NCBI RefSeq assembly: GCF_006345805.1 | Contig: NC_043002.1 | Location: 9,052,001 to 9,116,000 of the forward strand | Length of the DNA stretch: 64,000 nt | From: Octopus sinensis | Lineage: Eukaryota | Reading direction: 5' to 3' | Part shown: positions 52,041 through 63,339 of the stretch, piece by piece | Position numbering within the stretch: the stretch's first letter is position 1 | Layout: every line of letters begins with the position of its first letter | The notes under the pieces: generated by a model | The model's input: only the letters and a program-made list of their open reading frames with translations | Told to the model about the DNA's origin: nothing | Databases searched by the model: none | Made by a program: the position numbers and the translations under genes

Positions 52041-52512
52041 CTCTCTCTCTCCCCCCTTCTCTCATTGCCACTCACCTTCATACAACGACATAAATATCTA
52101 TTGCCATGATAGATCGTTAGCCACTACACACATTTTTTTCTCTCCTTGTTTTTTTCTGTGTCCCTTTCTATAGAAGAGCGCAGGCTCAAAACGTAAAAGA
52201 CTTTTTCTATTCCTGAGCGTTATACTAATACATCTGTTTGTTTTGTACACCACCTGTCTTCGTCTTTTGTTTTTTTTCATAAACTCTCCCTACATAAATA
52301 TTAAATCTAAAATAAAAGACAGACAGATCTGAAGTTGACTTGGGAGTAGAGACAGCACACCTTTGCAGAGGTTGCAAAAGATGATAAAGGACTTAATATA
52401 CAAATTGTATATATATAAAAATTGTATATATATATTAATAAATATCAGGAGAACAGAAATTTAACACATCCAAGAATTTTATTTTACATTTAATCACATC
52501 TTTCTTTATCAG

Positions 52513-52580
52513 GACCTACGCGCATTTCCACTGCAAGTGTGCAACTTGGTGTTAATTATTGGTGCTGCTTCATCAGGGTC
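52513..52580 (-). ncRNA. Type I hammerhead ribozyme motif, stem II partly decayed
   Basis: GACC-CTGATGA-A..CAAGT/ACTTG hairpin..-GAAAT-GCGC-GTA-GGTC. Confidence 0.55.
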
Positions 52581-52869
52581 GGAATTAATTGATAATTAGA
52601 TATCTCTGTTCTACTGATATTTATTAATTTATTCTTTCTCTCTCCAAAGGACATTTGGTTTTACCTAACTTAGGATTAACTGAGTATAGTAAATTCAACT
52701 AACTAGAATTTATCTACATTCACTGAGGTTAGCTAGCATTGTTATCGGATAAGAACAAGCATGGTACCTGCTTGGATTATATATTCCTGTAAACCATTTT
52801 TCAAAATTTACCTTTGATATGTATATCTATATTTAAATATATCTATATCAAAGGTAAATTTGAATGGAG

Positions 52870-53370
52870 ACATATTGATATATGCTGCATCCAAGAGGTA
52901 AGGTGGAGAGGAGCTTCAGCCAGGTTCCTCACAAGCAAGACACATAGGTATAAAATCCTCTGGGAAGATAACAGTGATTGGTAGGCAGTGTGGGCATACT
53001 TCTTGCAGAGAAATGGGTAGATAAGGTCATAGAGGTAGTCAGAGTTAGTAATAGAGTGCTTAAGCTCAGGTTGGTCTTGCAGAATAGCATAGTGTCAATT
53101 ATCTCTGCCTATGCCCCACAAGCAGGCCTACTAAATGGTCTAAAGGACCATTTTAATGATATTCTCCTGCAGGCTACCTCTAAGACAAATGACAAGGATC
53201 AATGGGCATATTGGAGGGCAGCTCAGTATTTTCCCTGGTGTACATGGGGGCTATGGAATTGGTTCACAAAATGAAGAGGGAACAAGGCACCTGGAGTTCT
53301 GTGATGCAAATAACCTATTGATCTTCAACACCAACTTCAGGAAACCAACCAGCCACCTGATAACCTACCA
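52870..53370 (+). mobile_element. RTE-clade LINE APE endonuclease fragment
   Basis: DICCIQEVRWRG..GSVGILLAEKWVDKV..RVLKLRL..ISAYAPQAG..NEEGTRHLEFCDANNL..NTNFRK. Confidence 0.9.
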
Positions 53371-53580
53371 AGTGGCTGAGTTCCTTTTGAGTGTTGGCCT
53401 CATGAAGGCAAAGTGGCCAAGTTCCCTCAAGCACCGGGCCTCACAGAGATAAAGTGGCAAAGTTCCTTTTGACTGTTGGGCCTCATGGAAGCAAAGTGGC
53501 CAAGTTCTTTTTGAGTGTTGGGCCTCACTAAGGTAAAGTGGCTAAGTTCCTTTTGGACGTTGGGCCTCACAGAGGCAACG
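53370..53580 (+). repeat. About 42-bp tandem repeat x5
   Basis: Unit AAAGTGGCNAAGTTCCTTTTGAGTGTTGGGCCTCANNRAGGN. Confidence 0.85.
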
Positions 53581-56500
53581 ATTGAGACCTTTAGCATTAT
53601 GTCATGCCATCAAGCCAAGCAAAATCACAGTTGTGGCAGATACCGGTGTCATGCAAATGGCATGTAAAAGCACTCATTACACTCTCGGAGTGGCTACTCC
53701 ATTAACTTAACCCTATGAATTATGAATTAAAACTACAAGAGTACTAATTACATTGTCCTAAATTCAAATTTTAAGAATAAGCTTTGTATCAGTTTACACA
53801 ACAAAACAGATTTCACTCCCAACAAAACAGTAGCAAAGGCATCCAGATATAAAAATAACTGTCCAATGAAATTAGGGCAAAATTAGCAGTAAAATCAAAT
53901 TTTAACTACTCCCAACACAATATCATTTCCTGCCATGGAAGCATAAAAAATAGAAAGGCTCAAAAAGGTGAAAAAAGAAAAAAGGGCAGGGAGACAAATC
54001 CCAGCTATGCATGGAAAAAACAAGTGTAAAACAAGGAAAAAATAATAAAACCAAATAACATCATGACCAAACAGACTCTCACAAAGCTGATGTCAGTAGT
54101 GTTAAGTGGATAAGAAAGGAATCTTTTAGTGAAAACCAAGCCAATCTGTTGAAGAAAACATTCCTGGAATATCAAATACCATAATCTCAAATCCAGGTGA
54201 ACTGAAGTATAAAGTTTTAAGTGTTCTACTCAGACACAGAAAAACCTTTCAACAAATACACTCATGCATCATAAAATGACCACCAAATATTTTAACTACT
54301 TAAGGCGGCGAGCTGGCAGAAATGGTAGCGCGCCGGGCGAAATGCTTAGCGGTATTTCGTCTGTCATTACGTTCTGAGCTCAAATTCTGCCGAGGTCGAC
54401 TTTGCCTTTTATCCTTTCGGGTCGATAAATCAAGTACCAGTTACGTACTGGGGGCAATGTAATCGACTTAATCCATTTGTCTGTCCTTGTTTGTCCTTTC
54501 TGTGTTTAGCCCCTTGTGGGTAGTAAAGAAATAGGTATTTCATCTGCCGTTACGTTCTGAGTTCAAATTCCGCCGAGATTGACTTTGCCTTTCATCCTTT
54601 CAGGGTCGATAAATCAAGTACCAGTTTCGCACTGGGTCGATGTAATCGACTTAATCCGTTTGTCTGTCCTTGTTTGTCCCCTCTGTGTTTAGCCCCTTGT
54701 GGGTAATAAAGAAAGAAATATTTTAACTACTTAGCCATTTGATTTATACCTTTCAAAATAAACTAAGTATATTCTACCTTAAGCTTTAGTTCCAGCATAC
54801 TAAATTAATTGTAAATCAAATCATGGAATAGACATAGCTTCAGAACTTATCTGGAGATATCTTCAAAGTGACACTCAGCACTTGCTATAAACATTCACAT
54901 CGTATCTGAATGCTTAATTGTGTATGTGCGTGTGTGCATGCTCGCATACACACACACACACAGAGTTAACAGATCCTCCTGTAATTTATTTGTTGTTTCC
55001 ACACCAGATTACAAAATATCCTTTTGCCATTTTAAACACTTCTTCATGAAGCACTGAAAAAACAGACAGCCAAGATAAATCAAAGCTTTCTTTGACAACA
55101 GTCTTTATTCAACAGCTACCTAAAACTACTTAGAATGGGTTACACTGATAAGAAAAGAATAAGTAAACTATTCTGGTAAATTCTGGTAGTAACCAGCTGC
55201 AAGACAACTTGTTTTTCAATAGAAATGATCTTTTACTGACAAGATAAAAGTGAACAATAGGTGCAGGAGTGGCTGTGTGGTAAGTAGCTTGCTTACCAAC
55301 CACATGGTTCCGGGTTCAGTCCCACTGCGTGGCATCTTGGGCAAGTGTCTTCTGCTATAGCCCCAGGCCGACCAAAGCCTTGTGAGTGGATTTGGTAGAC
55401 GGAAACTGAAAGAAGCCCGTCGTATATATGTATATATATATATGTGTGTGTATGTTTGTGTGTCTGTGTTTGTCCCCACCAACATCGCTTGACAACCAAT
55501 GCTGGTGTGTTTACGTCCCCGTAACTTAGCGGTTCGGCAAAAGAGACCGATAGAATAAGTACTGGGCTTACAAAGACTAAGTCCCAGGGTCGATTTGCTC
55601 GACTAAAGGCGGTGCTCCAGCATGGCCGCAGTCAAATGACTGAAACAAGTAAAAGAGTAAAAGAGAGTAATTAAAACTGTACTCGACAGCCAAAAGTTTA
55701 TTGCATCACAATCTTAGATATATTACCAAATGCGCTACATAGTGGGTCTTAACTCTGAACAATGTTTTGTCATTGCTTTAACTTACCAATGCCGCATACC
55801 AAATGAGGCCCACACAACACGCCTCTTTTAGTTTCCATCTACAAAATCCACTTGTCTTTGGAGTATCATTGGAACTGGTCACTTGGATATTAACTTCCTC
55901 TTCTGGTTTGCCATTCTTACCTATATAGATTTGAGTTTCCTTGTCTATTTAAATAATGTTTCTCAAAGATCAGTCAGCATCCAACTCCTTTTTCTCAAGA
56001 ATCACCAAACAAATATATCAAATCCTATACATCATCATCATCATCATCATCATCATTTAACATCCGCTTTCCATGCTAGCATGGGTTGGACGATTTGACT
56101 GAGGTCTGGCGAACCAGACTCCAATCTGATCTGGCAGAGTTTCTACAGCTTGATACCCTTCCTAAAGCCAACCACTCCAAGAGTTTAGTGGGTGCTTTTA
56201 TGTGCCACCGGCATGAGGGCCAGTTTGGTGGTACTGGCAATGGCCACACCCAAATGGTGCTTTTTACGTGCCACCTGCACAGGAGCCAGTCCAGCGATAC
56301 TGGCAACGACCTCGCTCGAATGTTTCACATGCCACAAGCACAAGTGCTAGTAAGGCAACGCGGTAACAATCACGCTCAAATGGTGTGTTTAACATGCCAT
56401 CGGCACGAAGGCCAGCTTGTTGCTCTGTCAATGATCTCACTCGTAAGGTACTCTTAGCGCTCCACTAGCAACGGATGCCAGTCACCGAGTTTGATTTCGA

Positions 56501-57189
56501 CTTCAATTTATTAACCGACTCAAGTCTCCATCCCTAGTTTTAAAACAATATTTATGGAGCAAATGAGGAACCCTTTATGTGAATAAACGGCCTGCTCAAA
56601 AAGGCTACCAAATAGTCTTCCAGTCATACCCAACTATTTTAATACCCAACTATAGCAATGTAGTCTGGATATAAAGAAAGACAGGACAGTTCCAAATGGA
56701 ATGTCTCTAATCAAAGGTCTGCTTAATCAGGGTTCATCCGGTGCTAAATAATAACAACTACGTGGCTGTGTGGTAAGGTGCTTGCTTCTCAATAACATTG
56801 TTCTGAGTTAAGACCCACTGTGTAGCACATTTTGGTAAATGTCTTCTATAGCCTTGGAACGACCAAAGTCTTGCAAGTGGATTTGGTAGATGGAAGCTAA
56901 AAGAGGCGTGTTGTGTGGGCCTCGTTTGATATGCGGCATTGATAAGTTAAAGCAATGACAAAACATCAATGTTTGTTGCTCCAAGAAAAGACCCGATGTG
57001 AGTTGTTTCACTTGACTGTGACTTACTTTCAGGTGCTTCTTGCACCAGGTGTATGAAGAATATATTCTCTTATGCCCCCCAAAAAACCACACCTGGCCCA
57101 CAAACTATCAGCACACAAAACCTTGTGTATGTGTGCTCGATTTTGCTTATAAACCTCAAGCAGCTTCTAATTCATATTTGAACATATAT

Positions 57190-57232
<43 letters not shown>

Positions 57233-57616
57233 ATTCGACTTATTGAGTATATATGTGGATGTCCGCTTGCTTTACATGGTACAATCATGGTTGTTATTAT
57301 TATTATTATTATTAATATTAATATTAATTTTATTGACTTTTTGTGTGGTTATACATTTTAATGAACTGGACTGTTGAATATATATGCCTGCTTTAAATTT
57401 AAATGTGAGTATACATGTATTTCCTTGATGTTGGTTATAGAACTATGAGTTCAATATGGAACATTATTGTGTTTGTTAATGTATATTGATATATATTGTT
57501 TATATTGTACTAATGTGTATATATATATGTGTAGAATTATGAGTGTCTATGCACACATTTTTATATTTTTTTATTTTTATATTTATATGTAAATTTTTTT
57601 CATACTTACATTAAAT

Positions 57617-57727
57617 TCTCTGAAGAGGCCGTGAGACAATCTTGTTAATGTCTCATTTATACCTGCTTTATATGGCTAATAGGTTAAATGGGACATACCT
57701 GTCTTCATGGCCGAAACAGCTGTCAGC
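57617..57727 (+). ncRNA. Type I hammerhead ribozyme motif with long stem II
   Basis: TCT-CTGAAGA-GGCCGTGAGACA..TGTC(T)TCATGGCC-GAAAC-AGCT-GTC-AG. Confidence 0.72.
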
Positions 57728-57884
57728 TACGGTGTAATTGTATTTCCTATTTCTATGTCTAGTTATATTTGTAATATATTATGTATAATATCATTGCTGT
57801 TGTGTAATGGTTTAATAAAGTATTGATTGGGTATTATCTGATGGTTGATGATTGATTTAGGTATGTTTCTCCATTTTCTCATTT

Positions 57885-57925
<41 letters not shown>

Positions 57926-57932
<7 letters not shown>

Positions 57933-58082
57933 CTGGATCTTTCCTTCTCCTATGTTTCCAATGAAGAGCTCCGCTCGAAACGTTAAACCCTCCTTCTTTC
58001 CTGAGCGTCCAATAATACTATATTTGTTCCACGTCCTCGCGTTGTTGTGTTTTTTTGTGGTTTTTTGTTTGGATTAACTATA
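57926..58082 (+). mobile_element. Hammerhead-bearing mini-element between (TA)n and (TG)n; relatives 16884-17040 (-), 50290-50432 (-), 52140-52290 (+), 61990-62128 (+)
   Basis: GTTT-CCAATGA-A-GAGC-TCC-GCTC-GAAAC-GT-T-AAAC then CCTGAGCG..; shared downstream body. Confidence 0.6.
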
Positions 58083-58092
58083 TGTGTGTGTG

Positions 58093-58133
<41 letters not shown>

Positions 58134-58199
58134 ATATGTATGTATATATGTATGTATGCATATGTATGTATGTATGTATGTATGTAAGTATGTAAGTAA

Positions 58200-58251
<52 letters not shown>

Positions 58252-58420
58252 TTATATATGAGGATAATATCGATATTTAAGTGTCACTTATGCGGTGATT
58301 TGGCGGGCGATTCAGACTGGCTGTGTCCATACGTGCATATGTATGTATGTACGACGCTCGTATATGTAAGTATATCGTTTGCTGTGCATATATATATCTG
58401 TATTTATGTACCCTTGATAT

Positions 58421-58480
58421 ATTCAATTGATGACGGTAAAGCTTATCTAAAGCAGAACCAGAAATCCTTGGATCTTGAAT
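58421..58480 (+). ncRNA. Type I hammerhead ribozyme motif (U3 core variant)
   Basis: ATTCAA-TTGATGA-CGGT..ACCA-GAAA-TCC-TT-GGA-TC-TTGAAT: 6-bp stem I, 4-bp stem III, AUC site. Confidence 0.7.
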
Positions 58481-58613
58481 TATTCAATAATTTTTGCTTG
58501 TATGTTTTGTCCCTCCGCTTTACCTCATGGTGCGATATGAACATTTAACGTGGTACTATAGTCAGTGTTTCGACTGCTATTTCGGCATGTTGGTGTCTTT
58601 TAGACACCCTCAT

Positions 58614-58710
<97 letters not shown>

Positions 58711-58713
58711 ATA

Positions 58714-59677
58714 CAGAGTGCGATGGGTAAATTGTTGCCATTTTATATTTTTAATTTCACACATGCACATTGTTTGTTTTTGATTTTGTCAACTACACAG
58801 TACAGTAGGGGCAGTTGGGCACCGTCTGTGAGAGAAACAGCACCATGATGTAATTCACTCTGCCAGAAATTTGGAAACAACATGCTATGTTGCTTAGCAT
58901 TCACATTGGAAGCTCCAATACAAACATTCCAGAGTGTTTTGGTGTCAATCTGAAGAGAGTGCAATCTGAGGACAAGTACTGAAAGTGATAAATTTAAACA
59001 TCCAGTCAACATCATGATGCTTCAAGTGATCAATAGTGATGGCTATGTTATGACTCCATTCATCTTGCCACATGGCCTCAGACTCAACACGGAGGCCTAC
59101 ATCAAGTGCCTGGAGGAGGTAGTGCTGCCCTGGGTCAAGAGGATGGCTACTGGAAGACCCTATGTCTGGCAACAGGACTCTGCACAAGCAGGAGAACCCA
59201 GTCGTAGATGTCAGCAACCACATCACTCTTAACATCTGGCCACCTAACTCCCCAGACTTCAACCCCCTTGATTATTATGTGTGGGGTGCAGTTGAGCAAG
59301 AGACTAACAAAACCCCTTGTAACACCAAAGATGAATTGAAGGCAAGGATTATGGCAGCATTCACCAACTTAAACAGGGAGACCATCCAGAAGAGTTGCAG
59401 GAGATTCTGAAGTCATCTTAAAGCTGTGGTTAAAGCCAATGGTGATTTTATTGAATAAATTTACTCTTTTGTATTCCAAGATATTTTTATGTAAATTTTG
59501 GTAAATAATAATAATAATAATAATAATCATCATCATCATCATCATTTAACGTCCGTTTTCCATGCTGGCACAGGTTGGATGGAAAGCACGGGTTGGACGG
59601 CTAATCTATTAAAATGAGATGTCAGTGTTATTTTCATTTTTGTGTAATTTAGACAACATTTTATTCACTGCACCCTG
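58714..59677 (+). mobile_element. Tc1/mariner superfamily, maT(DD37D)-like element, internally deleted
   Basis: TA TSDs, TIR CAG(A/G)GTGC..TG..TAAA.TGTTG, KHPVNIMM..LPWVK..YVWQQDSA..WPPNSPDFNPLDYYVWG..ANGDFIE*; family B fragment nested at about 59510-59600. Confidence 0.85.
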
Positions 59678-59876
59678 TATATGTATATATATATATGGCT
59701 ACTCAAACACACCATACACATGCCACCTCACCTCTTACTCTCTCTCTCTCTCACATGCACACACACACACACACACACATGCACATACACATACATCCAC
59801 ACACATGACCTCACACACACTCATATATATCGTTTAATCATCGTTTAACGTCCGCTTTCCATGCTAGCATGGGTTG

Positions 59877-59918
<42 letters not shown>

Positions 59919-60169
59919 TGCACTCATATGCACACACACACACACACATACACACGTACATTCCCACTGTTATATGCACACATGCAAACACATATACTCA
60001 CACAGTCACACCCACCCACTCACACACTTCCACCTCTCTTGACCTAATTAGACACCAGCCACTAACCTGCTTGTTGACTCACACCCTCATACGGACATCA
60101 CTCACATAAATTGAAACACACATGCACACAGACATTACCACACACACACACACACACACTGGCAACCTT

Positions 60170-60970
60170 TGCACTTTCCTGTCCCAAAAAAACACTTTCT
60201 CTCTCTCTCATTCCACTTCCGGTCACTTCAGCAATGTAACTACACATGTGCTGTTGGTAACTGTTTTTCCTTCTTTGGACCTTTCCCTTTTTCCTTTTCA
60301 ACAAAGAGCTGTGCTCAAAACATCAAAAAACGTCAAAAATGTCAAAAAACGTCAAAACGTCAAAAAGCCACTTTCTCTCTCTCATTCCACTTCCGGTCAC
60401 TTCAGCAATGTTGGTGATTGTTTTTCCTTCTTTGGACTTTTCCCTTTTTCCCTTTCAACAAAAGGCTGTGCCCAAAACGTCAAAAACATCAAAAAACGTC
60501 AAAAACGTCAAAAAACGTCAAAATGTCAAAAAACCACTTTCTCTCTCTCATTCCACTTCCAGTCACTTCAGCAATGTTGGCGATTGTTTTTCCTTCTTTG
60601 GACTTTTCCCTTTTTCCCTTTCAACAAAGGGCTGTGCTCAAAACGTCAAAAAACATCAAAAACGTCAAAAAACGTCAAAACGTCAAAAAACCACTTTCTC
60701 TCTCTCATTCCACTTCCGGTCACTTCAGCAATGTTGGTGATTGTTTTTCCTTCTTTGGACTTTTCCCTTTTTCCCTTTCAACAAAGGGCTGTGCTCAAAA
60801 CGTCAAAAAACATCAAAAACGTCAAAAAACGTCAAAACGTCAAAAAACCACTTTCTCTCTCTCATTCCACTTCCGGTCACTTCAGTAATGTTGGTGATTG
60901 TTTTTCCTTCTTTGGACTTTTCCCCTTTTCCTTCTCAACAAAGAGCTGTGCTCAAAACGTCAAAAACTCT
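60170..60970. repeat. Tandem satellite, 5 units of 157-176 bp with internal (AAAACGTC)n subrepeat
   Basis: CACTTTCTCTCTCTCATTCCACTTCC starts at 60193, 60369, 60535, 60692, 60849. Confidence 0.92.
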
Positions 60971-61088
60971 TTTTACTGAGTGCCAAACATTCCATGTACA
61001 CATTCTCTTGTTGTTTGCTATTGTCAATTTTATTGTTCATTTATTTGATTTTACTATATATCTACACACCCACACACACATACATATC

Positions 61089-61885
61089 ACCTGATCCAAC
61101 AGTTTAATACCCCTGTAGTTATTTCTATCTAGAGCATCACCTTTACTCTTGTAGCAGTTGACTATGGTGCTGCTATGCCAGTCATTGGGTATGACTCCAT
61201 CATGAACTACCTGGTTTACAATGTGGGTGACTATGCCATAGCCCACACCACCAGATGTTTTAAGTATCTCAGCAGTGATTCCTGATGGGCCGGGGGCTTT
61301 TCCTGGCTTCATACCCTTAATTGCTTTATCTACTAGGGAGCTCTCTATTTGATAGCTGGTCCCTCTATTGGGTCAACATTTGGCAGGCTCTCCTCCTCCC
61401 ATTTATTCTCCACATTCAGCAGTCTTTCATAATGGCTTCTCCAAGCCTCTTTCTTTTCAGAATCACTAAAAGCAAGTGCCCCATCATCCATTCGAACACA
61501 TTTCTCTCCTGTGACATCACAATTTTCTCTCACACACTGTCTTGCAATCTGAAATTGGTCCTCACGTTACAGGACATTGGCAAACTTCTTTTCTGCTACA
61601 TCTTTGGCTATGTATACCTGCCGCCCAGCCTCCCTTTTGGCTACCTGGTACAGTTCCCTGCTACCCCCACCCTTCCAGGCTTTCCATGCCTGTTTCTTTG
61701 CTCTAATGGCTTTGTCTACTGTACTATTCCACCACCACATAACTCTAGGTCTGGAAGGGACTTTGCACCATCTGTAGATTTGGTCTGTGGCACTCACCAA
61801 GCTGTCCCGTAGGAATTTTCAGCTACCTTCTATGTCTGATGTCTGTAGCTCTTTCTCCCTCTCATCAAATTTCTTGATGAGGATG
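61089..61885 (-). mobile_element. RTE-clade LINE fragment (linker to RT start)
   Basis: WWWNSTVDKAIRAKKQAWK..EAWRSHYERLLNVEN..MKPGKAPGPSGITAE..IPNDW..YKSKGDALDRNNYRGIKLL. Confidence 0.9.
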
Positions 61886-63339
61886 TCTGACCATGTGACC
61901 ATGTCCCTAAATCTCTAACCATGTAACCATGTGTGTGTGTACATCCAGTCGCCATGATATATCGCAAGCCACTACACATTTTTTATTTTCTCTCCTTGTT
62001 CCTTTCTGTGGAAGAGCATAGGGTCAAAACGTTAGACTTTTTCAATTCCGGAGCATTATACTAATACATCTGTTTGTTTTCTACACCACCTATCTTCGTC
62101 TTTTGGTTTTTTTTGTGAATTCTCCCAACATGTGTGTGTGTGTGCATGTGTGTGTGTGAGTGTGTGTGCACACGCGCGTGCGTGCGTGAGTGTGTATTAT
62201 TATTATTTTTTCTATCCATAATTAAAACAGAACAGGGTGAGTTGGCCCCTTTCAAGGCCAAGGTCAGCCCTTTCATTGGGTACTTGTAGCAGTAAACATA
62301 TTTGACCTCTGTTGACCTCAAGGTGTGATGTTTCTTTTGCTTCCTGATTGCACTACTACTGCTGCTACTACTACTACAGCTACTAATAATAACAATGATA
62401 ATAGTGATTTGCCTGGAGACAAACACAAACATGCCACAGCATTTACATCCTGCTGACAGAACATATGCAATCCCATTACAACTCCTGCCACAACCACCAC
62501 AACCACCACCATCCTACAGGAAATAGCTCAGAGTCTGCAGGATGGTTCTGTCTTTTGTCTCTGTTTCTCTCTGGCTGTCAATTCAATGTCTGCCTCTTTC
62601 CACAATGCTACATGAATCCTGTGGGTCTACCATTTGACACCTGCCAAACGGCAGGTCATGACATGAACTAATTTAAAACTTCTCAAAATAAAATCCCACT
62701 CCACCCAGAAAATGATGACGCCTGGGACCTCTGAACCTTACCCAAGGAACCAGACAACTGGTTAACCCTGTGCACTTATAACACAGCAGTGGATACGAAC
62801 CATGGAAATACTCACTAGAACCTTTAGGTTCTGACACTGAGCTCAAAAAGTCTTTAAATCAGGACCAACCTCCTCAAGAACCTGTAGCAAATAAAACCAG
62901 GAATATTCCCAAAACCGATGCTCAGGATCAACTACCAAACCTATCTCAACAAAATAGAAATACAAGACAGAAATGGACTAAGGAGGAATATCACTGGTGT
63001 AGGTTGATTCGCTGGTGTAGAAGTAACACACTTGCTCGCGTTAACAAAGGGATGTGGGTTCAACTCCCAATCAGATAGAAAAGCTTTCTTTTTGCCAATG
63101 CCAGCGCCACCTTGACTGGCTTCCGTGCCAGTGGCATGTAAAAAGCACCAACCTGATCATGGCCATTGCCAGCCTCGCCTAGCACCTGTGCCAGTGGCAC
63201 GTAAAAAGCACCTACTACACTCACGGAGTGGTTGGCGTTAGGAAGGGCATCCAGCTGTAGAAACACTGCCAAATCAGACTGGAGCCTGGTGCAGTTCACT
63301 TTTGGTCACATGGTGGGTGGGTCCGGATCCTTCCACAAC

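Noticed and set aside
52806-52862. 17-bp perfect hairpin AAATTTACCTTTGATAT/ATATCAAAGGTAAATTT
   Set aside because: Short, AT-rich, and at a LINE insertion edge. It is most simply a junction by-product with no assignable function.
53370-53580. 42-bp repeats as a CRISPR array
   Set aside because: Head-to-tail degenerate units without spacers, attached to a LINE.
54005-54250. Hydrophobic minus-strand ORF as an exon or membrane protein
   Set aside because: Short, explained by the T-rich strand, with no motif and stops in neighbouring frames.
57027-57092. Candidate 5' exon of the JmjC-TPR gene (AG..AAA|GTAAGT, 66 nt)
   Set aside because: The translation VWFFGGHKRIYSSYTWCKKHLK shows no JmjC-family similarity, and splice-like sites alone are insufficient.
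60122-60979. 285-aa ORF in the satellite, and a possible CRISPR-like array
   Set aside because: The frame stays open only because the unit is repeated. There are no unique spacers, no cas genes, and the context is eukaryotic.
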